From assembly GCA_002269645.1 (NCBI GenBank), contig NIVC01003883.1, positions 1 to 64,000 on the forward strand: a DNA stretch of 64,000 bases, given 5' to 3'. This document shows positions 25,301 to 40,436 of this stretch, piece by piece. The number at the start of each line of letters is the position of its first letter. The stretch's first letter is position 1. Position numbers and translations under genes: made by a program. The notes beneath the pieces were generated by a model. The model saw only the letters and a list, made by a program, of their open reading frames with translations, was not told where the DNA came from and did not search any database. Source of the DNA: Macrostomum lignano (Eukaryota).

Positions 25301-28300
25301 CAGACAGATGCTTCATGACTAAAACTGATGCCTCATGACTGAAACTGATGCCTCATGACTGAAACTGATGCCTCATGACTCAGACAGATGCTTCATGACT
25401 GAAACTGATGCTCATGACTCAGACAGATGCTTCATGACTGAAACTGATGCCTCATGACTCAGACAGATGCCTCATGACTAAACTGATGTCATGACTGAAA
25501 CTGATGTTTCATGACTGAAACTGATGCCTCATGACTCAGACAGATGCTTCATGACTGAAACTGATGCCTCATGACTCAGACAGATGCTTCATGACTGAAA
25601 CTGATGCCTCATGACTGAAACTGATGCCTCATGACTGAAACTGATGCCTCATGACTCAGACAGATGCTTCATGACTGAAACTGATGCCTCATGACTCAGA
25701 CAGATGCTTCATGACTAAACTGATGCCTCATGACTGAAACTGATGTTTCATGACTGAAACTGATGCCTCATGACTCAGACAGATGCTTCATGACTGAAAC
25801 TGATGCCTCATGACTCAGACAGATGCTTCATGACTAAAAATGATGCCTCATGACTGAAACTGATGTTTCATGACTGAAACTGATGCCTCATGACTCAGAC
25901 AGATGCTTCATGACTGAAACTGATGCCTCATGACTCAGACAGATGCTTTCATGACTAAAACTGATGCCTCATGACTGAAACTGATGCCTCATGACTGAAA
26001 CTGATGCCTCATGACTCAGACAGATGCTTCATGACTGAAACTGATGCCTCATGACTCAGACAGATGCTTCATGACTGAAACTGATGCCTCATGACTGAAA
26101 CTGATGCTTCATGACTGAAACTGATGCCTCATGACTGAAACTGATGCCTCATGACTGAAACTGATGCCTCATGACTGAAACTGATGCCTCATGACTCAGA
26201 CAGATGCTTCATGACTGAAACTGATGCCTCATGACTCAGACAGATGCTTTCATGACTAAAACTGATGCCTCATGACTGAAACTGATGCCTCATGACTGAA
26301 ACTGATGCCTCATGGCTCAGACAGATGCTTCATGACTGAAACTGATGCTCATGACTCAGACAGATGCTTCATGACTGAAACTGATGCCTCATGACTCAGA
26401 CAGATGCCTCATGACTAAACTGATGTCATGACTGAAACTGATGTTTCATGACTGAAACTGATGCCTCATGACTCAGACAGATGCTTCATGACTGAAACTG
26501 ATGCCTCATGACTCAGACAGATGCTTTCATGACTAAAACTGATGCCTCATGACTGAAACTGATGCCTCATGACTGAAACTGATGCCTCATGACTCAGACA
26601 GATGCTTCATGACTGAAACTGATGTCTCATGACTCAGACAGATGCTTCATGACTGAAACTGATGCCTCATGACTCAGACAGATGCCTCATGACTGAAACT
26701 GATGTTTCATGACTGAAACTGATGTTTCATGGCTGAAACTGATGCCTCATGACTCAGACAGATGCTTCATGACTGAAACTGATGCCTCATGACTCAGACA
26801 GATGCTTCATGACTGAAACTGATGCCTCATGACTGAAACTGATGCCTCATGACTGAAACTGATGCCTCATGACTCAGACAGATGCTTCATGACTGAAACT
26901 GATGCCTCATGACTCAGACAGATGCTTCATGACTAAAACTGATGCCTCATGACTGAAACTGATGTTCATGACTGAAACTGATGCCTCATGACTCAGACAG
27001 ATGCTTCATGACTGAAACTGATGCCTCATGACTCAGACAGATGCTTCATGACTAAAACTGATGCCTCATGACTGAAACTGATGTTATGACTGAAACTGAT
27101 GCCTCATGACTCAGACAGATGCTTCATGACTGAAACTGATGCCTCATGACTCAGACAGATGCTTTCATGACTAAAACTGATGCCTCATGACTGAAACTGA
27201 TGCCATGACTGAAACTGATGCCTCATGACTCAGACAGATGCTTCATGACTGAAACTGATGCCTCATGACTCAGACAGATGCTTCATGACTGAAACTGATG
27301 CCTCATGACTGAAACTGATGCTTCATGACTGAAACTGATGCCTCATGACTGAAACTGATGCCTCATGACTGAAACTGATGCTCATGACTGAAACTGATGC
27401 CTCATGACTCAGACAGATGCTTCATGACTGAAACTGATGCCTCATGACTCAGACAGATGCTTTCATGACTAAAACTGATGCCTCATGACTGAAACTGATG
27501 CCTCATGACTGAAACTGATGCCTCATGCTCAGACAGATGCTTCATGACTGAAACTGATGCTCATGACTCAGACAGATGCTTCATGACTGAAACTGATGCC
27601 TCATGACTCAGACAGATGCCTCATGACTAAACTGATGTCATGACTGAAACTGATGTTCATGACTGAAACTGATGCCTCATGACTCAGACAGATGCTTCAT
27701 GACTGAAACTGATGCCTCATGACTCAGACAGATGCTTCATGACTGAAACTGATGCCTCATGACTCAGACAGATGCTTTCATGACTAAAACTGATGCCTCA
27801 TGACTGAAACTGATGCCTCATGACTGAAACTGATGCCTCATGACTCAGACAGATGCTTCATGACTGAAACTGATGCTCATGACTCAGACAGATGCTTCAT
27901 GACTGAAACTGATGCCTCATGACTCAGACAGATGCCTCATGACTGAAACTGATGTCATGACTGAAACTGATGTTTCATGACTGAAACTGATGCCTCATGA
28001 CTCAGACAGATGCTTCATGACTGAAACTGATGCCTCATGACTCAGACAGATGCTTCATGACTGAAACTGATGCCTCATGACTGAAACTGATGCTCATGAC
28101 TGAAACTGATGCCTCATGACTCAGACAGATGCTTCATGACTGAAACTGATGCCTCATGACTGAAACTGATGCTCATGACTGAAACTGATGCCTCATGACT
28201 CAGACAGATGCTTCATGACTGAAACTGATGCTCATGACTCAGACAGATGCTTCATGACTAAAACTGATGCCTCATGACTGAAACTGATGCCTCATGACTG

Positions 28301-31300
28301 AAACTGATGTTTAATGACTGAAACTGATACCTCATGACTCAGACAGATGCTTCATGACTGAAACTGATGCCTCATGACTCAGACAGATGCTTTCATGACT
28401 AAAACTGATGCCTCATGACTGAAACTGATGCCTCATGACTGAAACTGATGCCTCATGACTCAGACAGATGCTTCATGACTGAAACTGATGCCTCATGACT
28501 CAGACAGATGCTTCATGACTGAAACTGATGCCTCATGACTGAAACTGATGCTTCATGACTGAAACTGATGCCTCATGACTGAAACTGATGCCTCATGACT
28601 GAAACTGATGCCTCATGACTGAAACTGATGCCTCATGACTCAGACAGATGCTTCATGACTGAAACTGATGCCTCATGACTCAGACAGATGCTTTCATGAC
28701 TAAAACTGATGCCTCATGACTGAAACTGATGCCTCATGACTGAAACTGATGCCTCATGACTCAGACAGATGCTTCATGACTGAAACTGATGCTCATGACT
28801 CAGACAGATGCTTCATGACTGAAACTGATGCCTCATGACTCAGACAGATGCCTCATGACTGAAACTGATGTCATGACTGAAACTGATGTTCATGACTGAA
28901 ACTGATGCCTCATGACTCAGACAGATGCTTCATGACTGAAACTGATGCCTCATGACTCAGACAGATGCTTCATGACTGAAACTGATGCCTCATGACTGAA
29001 ACTGATGCCTCATGACTGAAACTGATGCCTCATGACTCAGACAGATGCTTCATGACTGAAACTGATGCCTCATGACTCAGACAGATGCTTCATGACTAAA
29101 ACTGATGCCTCATGACTGAAACTGATGCCTCATGACTGAAACTGATGCCTCATGACTCAGACAGATGCTTCATGACTGAAACTGATGCTCATGACTCAGA
29201 CAGATGCTTCATGACTGAAACTGATGCCTCATGACTCAGACAGATGCCTCATGACTAAACTGATGTCATGACTGAAACTGATGTTTCATGACTGAAACTG
29301 ATGCCTCATGACTCAGACAGATGCTTCATGACTGAAACTGATGCCTCATGACTCAGACAGATGCTTCATGACTAAAACTGATGCCTCATGACTGAAACTG
29401 ATGCCTCATGACTGAAACTGATGCCTCATGACTCAGACAGATGCTTCATGACTGAAACTGATGCTCATGACTCAGACAGATGCTTCATGACTGAAACTGA
29501 TGCCTCATGACTCAGACAGATGCCTCATGACTGAAACTGATGTCATGACTGAAACTGATGTTTCATGACTGAAACTGATGCCTCATGACTCAGACAGATG
29601 CTTCATGACTGAAACTGATGCCTCATGACTCAGACAGATGCTTCATGACTGAAACTGATGCCTCATGACTGAAACTGATGCCTCATGACTGAAACTGATG
29701 CCTCATGACTCAGACAGATGCTTCATGACTGAAACTGATGCCTCATGACTCAGACAGATGCTTCATGACTAAACTGATGCCTCATGACTGAAACTGATGT
29801 TTCATGACTGAAACTGATGCCTCATGACTCAGACAGATGCTTCATGACTGAAACTGATGCCTCATGACTCAGACAGATGCTTCATGACTAAAACTGATGC
29901 CTCATGACTGAAACTGATGTCATGACTGAAACTGATGCCTCATGACTCAGACAGATGCTTCATGACTGAAACTGATGCTCATGACTCAGACAGATGCTTT
30001 CATGACTAAAACTGATGCCTCATGACTGAAACTGATGCCTCATGACTGAAACTGATGCCTCATGACTCAGACAGATGCTTCATGACTGAAACTGATGCCT
30101 CATGACTCAGACAGATGCTTCATGACTGAAACTGATGCCTCATGACTGAAACTGATGCTTCATGACTGAAACTGATGCCTCATGACTGAAACTGATGCCT
30201 CATGACTGAAACTGATGCTCATGACTGAAACTGATGCCTCATGACTCAGACAGATGCTTCATGACTGAAACTGATGCCTCATGACTCAGACAGATGCTTC
30301 ATGACTAAAACTGATGCCTCATGACTGAAACTGATGCCTCATGACTGAAACTGATGCCTCATGACTCAGACAGATGCTTCATGACTGAAACTGATGCCTC
30401 ATGACTCAGACAGATGCTTCATGACTAAACTGATGCCTCATGACTGAAACTGATGTTCATGACTGAAACTGATGCCTCATGACTCAGACAGATGCTTCAT
30501 GACTGAAACTGATGCCTCATGACTCAGACAGATGCTTTCATGACTAAAACTGATGCCTCATGACTGAAACTGATGCCTCATGACTGAAACTGATGCCTCA
30601 TGACTCAGACAGATGCTTCATGACTGAAACTGATGCCTCATGACTCAGACAGATGCTTCATGACTGAAACTGATGCCTCATGACTGAAACTGATGCTTCA
30701 TGACTGAAACTGATGCCTCATGACTGAAACTGATGCCTCATGACTGAAACTGATGCCTCATGACTGAAACTGATGCCTCATGACTCAGACAGATGCTTCA
30801 TGACTGAAACTGATGCCTCATGACTCAGACAGATGCTTTCATGACTAAAACTGATGCCTCATGACTGAAACTGATGCCTCATGACTGAAACTGATGCCTC
30901 ATGACTCAGACAGATGCTTCATGACTGAAACTGATGTCTCATGACTCAGACAGATGCTTCATGACTGAAACTGATGCCTCATGACTCAGACAGATGCCTC
31001 ATGACTAAACTGATGTCATGACTGAAACTGATGTTTCATGGCTGAAACTGATGCCTCATGACTCAGACAGATGCTTCATGACTGAAACTGATGCCTCATG
31101 ACTCAGACAGATGCTTCATGACTGAAACTGATGCCTCATGACTCAGACAGATGCTTTCATGACTAAAACTGATGCCTCATGACTGAAACTGATGCTCATG
31201 ACTGAAACTGATGCCTCATGACTCAGACAGATGCTTCATGACTGAAACTGATGCTCATGACTCAGACAGATGCTTCATGACTGAAACTGATGCCTCATGA

Positions 31301-34300
31301 CTCAGACAGATGCCTCATGACTAAACTGATGTCATGACTGAAACTGATGTTTCATGACTGAAACTGATGCCTCATGACTCAGACAGATGCTTCATGACTG
31401 AAACTGATGCCTCATGACTCAGACAGATGCTTCATGACTGAAACTGATGCCTCATGACTGAAACTGATGCTCATGACTGAAACTGATGCCTCATGACTCA
31501 GACAGATGCTTCATGACTGAAACTGATGCCTCATGACTGAAACTGATGCTCATGACTGAAACTGATGCCTCATGACTCAGACAGATGCTTCATGACTGAA
31601 ACTGATGCTCATGACTCAGACAGATGCTTCATGACTAAACTGATGCCTCATGACTGAAACTGATGCCTCATGACTGAAACTGATGTTTATGACTGAAACT
31701 GATGCCTCATGACTCAGACAGATGCTTCATGACTGAAACTGATGCCTCATGACTCAGACAGATGCTTTCATGACTAAAACTGATGCCTCATGACTGAAAC
31801 TGATGCCTCATGACTGAAACTGATGCCTCATGACTCAGACAGATGCTTCATGACTGAAACTGATGCCTCATGACTCAGACAGATGCTTCATGACTGAAAC
31901 TGATGCCTCATGACTGAAACTGATGCTTCATGACTGAAACTGATGCCTCATGACTGAAACTGATGCCTCATGACTGAAACTGATGCCTCATGACTGAAAC
32001 TGATGCCTCATGACTCAGACAGATGCTTCATGACTGAAACTGATGCCTCATGACTCAGACAGATGCTTTCATGACTAAAACTGATGCCTCATGACTGAAA
32101 CTGATGCCTCATGACTGAAACTGATGCCTCATGACTCAGACAGATGCTTCATGACTGAAACTGATGTCTCATGACTCAGACAGATGCTTCATGACTGAAA
32201 CTGATGCCTCATGACTCAGACAGATGCCTCATGACTAAACTGATGTCATGACTGAAACTGATGTTTCATGACTGAAACTGATGCCTCATGACTCAGACAG
32301 ATGCTTCATGACTGAAACTGATGCCTCATGACTCAGACAGATGCTTCATGACTGAAACTGATGCCTCATGACTGAAACTGATGCCTCATGACTGAAACTG
32401 ATGCCTCATGACTCAGACAGATGCTTCATGACTGAAACTGATGCCTCATGACTCAGACAGATGCTTTCATGACTAAAACTGATGCCTCATGACTGAAACT
32501 GATGCCTCATGACTGAAACTGATGCCTCATGGCTCAGACAGATGCTTCATGACTGAAACTGATGCTCATGACTCAGACAGATGCTTCATGACTGAAACTG
32601 ATGCCTCATGACTCAGACAGATGCTCATGACTAAACTGATGTCATGACTGAAACTGATGTTTCATGACTGAAACTGATGCCTCATGACTCAGACAGATGC
32701 TTCATGACTGAAACTGATGCCTCATGACTCAGACAGATGCTTCATGACTAAAACTGATGCCTCATGACTGAAACTGATGCCTCATGACTGAAACTGATGC
32801 CTCATGGCTCAGACAGATGCTTCATGACTGAAACTGATGTCTCATGACTCAGACAGATGCTTCATGACTGAAACTGATGCCTCATGACTCAGACAGATGC
32901 CTCATGACTAAACTGATGTCATGACTGAAACTGATGTTTCATGGCTGAAACTGATGCCTCATGACTCAGACAGATGCTTCATGACTGAAACTGATGCCTC
33001 ATGACTCAGACAGATGCTTCATGACTGAAACTGATGCCTCATGACTGAAACTGATGCCTCATGACTGAAACTGATGCCTCATGACTCAGACAGATGCTTC
33101 ATGACTGAAACTGATGCCTCATGACTCAGACAGATGCTTCATGACTAAAACTGATGCCTCATGACTGAAACTGATGTTTCATGACTGAAACTGATGCCTC
33201 ATGACTCAGACAGATGCTTCATGACTGAAACTGATGCCTCATGACTCAGACAGATGCTTTCATGACTAAAACTGATGCCTCATGACTGAAACTGATGTTT
33301 CATGACTGAAACTGATACCTCATGACTCAGACAGATGCTTCATGACTGAAACTGATGCTCATGACTCAGACAGATGCTTTCATGACTAAAACTGATGCCT
33401 CATGACTGAAACTGATGCCTCATGACTGAAACTGATGCCTCATGACTCAGACAGATGCTTCATGACTGAAACTGATGCCTCATGACTCAGACAGATGCTT
33501 CATGACTGAAACTGATGCCTCATGACTGAAACTGATGCTTCATGACTGAAACTGATGCCTCATGACTGAAACTGATGCCTCATGACTGAAACTGATGCCT
33601 CATGACTGAAACTGATGCCTCATGACTCAGACAGATGCTTCATGACTGAAACTGATGCCTCATGACTCAGACAGATGCTTTCATGACTAAAACTGATGCC
33701 TCATGACTGAAACTGATGCCTCATGACTGAAACTGATGCCTCATGGCTCAGACAGATGCTTCATGACTGAAACTGATGCTCATGACTCAGACAGATGCTT
33801 CATGACTGAAACTGATGCCTCATGACTCAGACAGATGCCTCATGACTAAACTGATGTCATGACTGAAACTGATGTTTCATGACTGAAACTGATGCCTCAT
33901 GACTCAGACAGATGCTTCATGACTGAAACTGATGCCTCATGACTCAGACAGATGCTTCATGACTGAAACTGATGCCTCATGACTCAGACAGATGCTTTCA
34001 TGACTAAACTGATGCCTCATGACTGAAACTGATGCCTCATGACTGAAACTGATGCCTCATGGCTCAGACAGATGCTTCATGACTGAAACTGATGCTCATG
34101 ACTCAGACAGATGCTTCATGACTGAAACTGATGCCTCATGACTCAGACAGATGCCTCATGACTAAACTGATGTCATGACTGAAACTGATGTTTCATGACT
34201 GAAACTGATGCCTCATGACTCAGACAGATGCTTCATGACTGAAACTGATGCCTCATGACTCAGACAGATGCTTCATGACTGAAACTGATGCCTCATGACT

Positions 34301-37300
34301 GAAACTGATGCCTCATGACTGAAACTGATGCCTCATGACTCAGACAGATGCTTCATGACTGAAACTGATGCCTCATGACTCAGACAGATGCTTCATGACT
34401 AAAACTGATGCCTCATGACTGAAACTGATGCCTCATGACTGAAACTGATGCCTCATGACTCAGACAGATGCTTCATGACTGAAACTGATGCTCATGACTC
34501 AGACAGATGCTTCATGACTGAAACTGATGCCTCATGACTCAGACAGATGCTCATGACTAAACTGATGTCATGACTGAAACTGATGTCATGACTGAAACTG
34601 ATGCCTCATGACTCAGACAGATGCTTCATGACTGAAACTGATGCCTCATGACTCAGACAGATGCTTTCATGACTAAAACTGATGCCTCATGACTGAAACT
34701 GATGCCTCATGACTGAAACTGATGCCTCATGACTCAGACAGATGCTTCATGACTGAAACTGATGCTCATGACTCAGACAGATGCTTCATGACTGAAACTG
34801 ATGCCTCATGACTCAGACAGATGCTCATGACTGAAACTGATGTCATGACTGAAACTGATGTTTCATGACTGAAACTGATGCCTCATGACTCAGACAGATG
34901 CTTCATGACTGAAACTGATGCCTCATGACTCAGACAGATGCTTCATGACTGAAACTGATGCCTCATGACTGAAACTGATGCCTCATGACTGAAACTGATG
35001 CCTCATGACTCAGACAGATGCTTCATGACTGAAACTGATGCCTCATGACTCAGACAGATGCTTCATGACTAAACTGATGCCTCATGACTGAAACTGATGT
35101 TTCATGACTGAAACTGATGCCTCATGACTCAGACAGATGCTTCATGACTGAAACTGATGCCTCATGACTCAGACAGATGCTTCATGACTAAAACTGATGC
35201 CTCATGACTGAAACTGATGTCATGACTGAAACTGATGCCTCATGACTCAGACAGATGCTTCATGACTGAAACTGATGCCTCATGACTCAGACAGATGCTT
35301 TCATGACTAAAACTGATGCCTCATGACTGAAACTGATGCTCATGACTGAAACTGATGCCTCATGACTCAGACAGATGCTTCATGACTGAAACTGATGCCT
35401 CATGACTCAGACAGATGCTTCATGACTGAAACTGATGCCTCATGACTGAAACTGATGCTTCATGACTGAAACTGATGCCTCATGACTGAAACTGATGCCT
35501 CATGACTGAAACTGATGCCTCATGACTGAAACTGATGCCTCATGACTCAGACAGATGCTTCATGACTGAAACTGATGCCTCATGACTCAGACAGATGCTT
35601 TCATGACTAAAACTGATGCCTCATGACTGAAACTGATGCCTCATGACTGAAACTGATGCCTCATGGCTCAGACAGATGCTTCATGACTGAAACTGATGTC
35701 TCATGACTCAGACAGATGCTTCATGACTGAAACTGATGCCTCATGACTCAGACAGATGCCTCATGACTAAACTGATGTCATGACTGAAACTGATGTTTCA
35801 TGACTGAAACTGATGCCTCATGACTCAGACAGATGCTTCATGACTGAAACTGATGCCTCATGACTCAGACAGATGCTTTCATGACTAAAACTGATGCCTC
35901 ATGACTGAAACTGATGCCTCATGACTGAAACTGATGCCTCATGACTCAGACAGATGCTTCATGACTGAAACTGATGCTCATGACTCAGACAGATGCTTCA
36001 TGACTGAAACTGATGCCTCATGACTCAGACAGATGCCTCATGACTGAAACTGATGTCATGACTGAAACTGATGTTTCATGGCTGAAACTGATGCCTCATG
36101 ACTCAGACAGATGCTTCATGACTGAAACTGATGCCTCATGACTCAGACAGATGCTTCATGACTGAAACTGATGCCTCATGACTGAAACTGATGCCTCATG
36201 ACTGAAACTGATGCCTCATGACTCAGACAGATGCTTCATGACTGAAACTGATGCCTCATGACTCAGACAGATGCTTCATGACTAAAATGATGCCTCATGA
36301 CTGAAACTGATGTTCATGACTGAAACTGATGCCTCATGACTCAGACAGATGCTTCATGACTGAAACTGATGCCTCATGACTCAGACAGATGCTTTCATGA
36401 CTAAAACTGATGCCTCATGACTGAAACTGATGTTATGACTGAAACTGATGCCTCATGACTCAGACAGATGCTTCATGACTGAAACTGATGCTCATGACTC
36501 AGACAGATGCTTTCATGACTAAAACTGATGCCTCATGACTGAAACTGATGCCTCATGACTGAAACTGATGCCTCATGACTCAGACAGATGCTTCATGACT
36601 GAAACTGATGCCTCATGACTCAGACAGATGCTTCATGACTGAAACTGATGCCTCATGACTGAAACTGATGCTCATGACTGAAACTGATGCCTCATGACTG
36701 AAACTGATGCCTCATGACTGAAACTGATGCCTCATGACTGAAACTGATGCCTCATGACTCAGACAGATGCTTCATGACTGAAACTGATGCCTCATGACTC
36801 AGACAGATGCTTTCATGACTAAAACTGATGCCTCATGACTGAAACTGATGCCTCATGACTGAAACTGATGCCTCATGACTCAGACAGATGCTTCATGACT
36901 GAAACTGATGCTCATGACTCAGACAGATGCTTCATGACTGAAACTGATGCCTCATGACTCAGACAGATGCTCATGACTGAAACTGATGTCATGACTGAAA
37001 CTGATGTTTCATGGCTGAAACTGATGCCTCATGACTCAGACAGATGCTTCATGACTGAAACTGATGCCTCATGACTCAGACAGATGCTTCATGACTGAAA
37101 CTGATGCCTCATGACTGAAACTGATGCTCATGACTGAAACTGATGCCTCATGACTCAGACAGATGCTTCATGACTGAAACTGATGCCTCATGACTGAAGA
37201 TGATTCATGACTGAAACTGATGCCTCATGACTCAGACAGATGCTTCATGACTGAAACTGATGCCTCATGACTCAGACAGATGCTTCATGACTGAAACTGA

Positions 37301-39612
37301 TGCCTCATGACTCAGACAGATGCTTCATGACTGAAACTGATGCCTCATGACTGAAACTGATGCTCATGACTGAAACTGATGCCTCATGACTCAGACAGAT
37401 GCTTCATGACTGAAACTGATGCCTCATGACTCAGACAGATGCTTTCATGACTAAAACTGATGCCTCATGACTGAAACTGATGCCTCATGACTGAAACTGA
37501 TGCCTCATGGCTCAGACAGATGCTTCATGACTGAAACTGATGTCTCATGACTCAGACAGATGCTTCATGACTGAAACTGATGCCTCATGACTCAGACAGA
37601 TGCCTCATGACTGAAACTGATGTTTCATGGCTGAAACTGATGCCTCATGACTCAGACAGATGCTTTCATGACTAAAACTGATGCCTCATGACTGAAACTG
37701 ATGTTTCATGACTGAAACTGATACCTCATGACTCAGACAGATGCTTTCATGACTGAAACTGATGTCTCATGACTCAGACAGATGCTTTCATGACTAAAAC
37801 TGATGCCTCATGACTGAAACTGATGCCTCATGGCTCAGACAGATGCTTCATGACTGAAACTGATGTCTCATGACTCAGACAGATGCTTCATGACTGAAAC
37901 TGATGCCTCATGACTCAGACAGATGCTCATGACTGAAACTGATGTCATGACTGAAACTGATGTTTCATGGCTGAAACTGATGCCTCATGACTCAGACAGA
38001 TGCTTCATGACTGAAACTGATGCCTCATGACTGAAACTGATGCCTCATGACTGAAACTGATGCCTCATGACTCAGACAGATGCTTTCATGACTGAAACTG
38101 ATGCCTCATGACTGAAACTGATGCCTCATGACTGAAACTGATGCCTCATGGCTCAGACAGATGCTTCATGACTGAAACTGATGCCTCATGACTCAGACAG
38201 ATGCTTCATGACTGAAACTGATGCCTCATGACTCAGACAGATGCTTCATGACTGAAACTGATGCCTCATGACTGAAACTGATGCCTCATGACTGAAACTG
38301 ATGCCTCATGACTCAGACAGATGCTTCATGACTGAAACTGATGCCTCATGACTCAGACAGATGCTCATGACTGAAACTGATGTCATGACTGAAACTGATG
38401 TTTCATGACTGAAACTGATGCCTCATGACTCAGACAGATGCTTCATGACTGAAACTGATGCCTCATGACTCAGACAGATGCTTCATGACTGAAACTGATG
38501 CCTCATGACTGAAACTGATGCCTCATGACTGAAACTGATGCCTCATGACTCAGACAGATGCTTCATGACTGAAACTGATGCCTCATGACTCAGACAGATG
38601 CTTCATGACTAAAAATGATGCCTCATGACTGAAACTGATGTTTCATGACTGAAACTGATGCCTCATGACTCAGACAGATGCTTCATGACTGAAACTGATG
38701 CCTCATGACTCAGACAGATGCTTTCATGACTAAAACTGATGCCTCATGACTGAAACTGATGTTTCATGACTGAAACTGATACCTCATGACTCAGACAGAT
38801 GCTTTCATGACTGAAACTGATGTCTCATGACTCAGACAGATGCTTTCATGACTAAAACTGATGCCTCATGACTGAAACTGATGCCTCATGGCTCAGACAG
38901 ATGCTTCATGACTGAAACTGATGTCTCATGACTCAGACAGATGCTTCATGACTGAAACTGATGCCTCATGACTCAGACAGATGCCTCATGACTGAAACTG
39001 ATGTTTCATGACTGAAACTGATGTTTCATGACTGAAACTGATGTTTCATGACTGAAACTGATGTTTCATGGCTGAAACTGATGCCTCATGACTCAGACAG
39101 ATGCTTCATGACTGAAACTGATGCCTCATGACTCAGACAGATGCTTCATGACTGAAACCGATGCCTCATGACTGAAACTGATGCCTCATGACTGAAACTG
39201 ATGCCTCATGACTCAGACAGATGCTTTCATGACTGAAACTGATGCCTCATGACTCAGACAGATGCTTCATGACTAAAAATGATGCCCATGACTGAAACTG
39301 ATGTTTCATGACTGAAACTGATGCCTCATGACTCAGACAGATGCTTGATGACTGAAACTGATGCCTCATGACTCAGACAGATGCTTTCATGACTAAAACT
39401 GATGCCTCATGACTCAGACAGATGCTTCATGACTGAAACTGATGTTTTATGACTGAAACTGATGTTTCATGACTGAAACTGATGTTTCATGACTGAAACT
39501 GATGTTTCATGACTGAAACTGATGTTTCATGACTGAAACTGATGCCTCATGACTCAGACAGATGCTTTCATGACTAAAACTGATGCCTCATGACTCAGAC
39601 TGATGCCTCATG
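13381..39612. repeat. 26.2-kb satellite array of a 20-bp unit (~1300 copies)
   Basis: Two main variants, A=TGACTGAAACTGATGCCTCA and B=TGACTCAGACAGATGCTTCA, plus minor variants (TGACTAAAAC.., ..GATGTTTCA, TGGCTCAG.., ..GATACCTCA). Sharp boundaries, and no ORFs in the track across the array. Confidence 0.99.
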
Positions 39613-40436
39613 CAACACTACTAAAAAAAATTTGACTCGGTCATCTTGGAAAGCCAAACATTCCACCTGGCTTGTGAAAGTGCTTCGATAAAACCCTAGT
39701 CGACACTTAGGAAAGTCTACACATGGTCAAACAGCTGCATGAGTCATGCCATGCACTGCATGCTACTTGGTAATTATAGGATGTTAAAAACTAATTTAAT
39801 GCATTTACGAGTGTAGAGCATAAAATACCGTGATCGAAGAAATTCTGAAAACTTATCAAAAAGGCATTGGTCAATTGCGTTCAATTTATTGAATTTTGAG
39901 AACTTTGACTGCTTTACCGCTTGAACTTCGCTCGCACTTCGGCTTACAAAGCACTGCCAGTGCGTGAGAATCCTGCGAGTCAGTGAATCCAAATGGAACT
40001 GAAAATGAAACTCCGTTGGTTATCTCACACATTACGCATTTGTATTCGCAGTTACTTTTTTGCTGAGTAAGTTCGCGGTCTTCAGTCCAACGGTGAATAG
40101 CAGCCTAGCCTAAGATAGCATCCAGTTTGGCGCTCTGCAATTGGCGTGATCGGCAAACAGCGACAAAGATAGGGATTTTTTATTTAAGTATTTGCTAACC
40201 GGCCGCGCTGGGGAATAGGAAACAGACAACAGGGAACATAGAACAGGGACATGGAACATCTAAAGTAAATTATCATAAAGATTATGCTCAGTTTACGGCG
40301 GGCGGTGGTACCCACAGTGTGGAAAGTTATTCTATGACGTGAAGTCAAAGATAGACTGATTTACATGCATTCGTGCTCTAAATTATTCGATAGCATTCAC
40401 ATCGCGAAAAATCTTTTCCATTGCCATGTGAATGCA

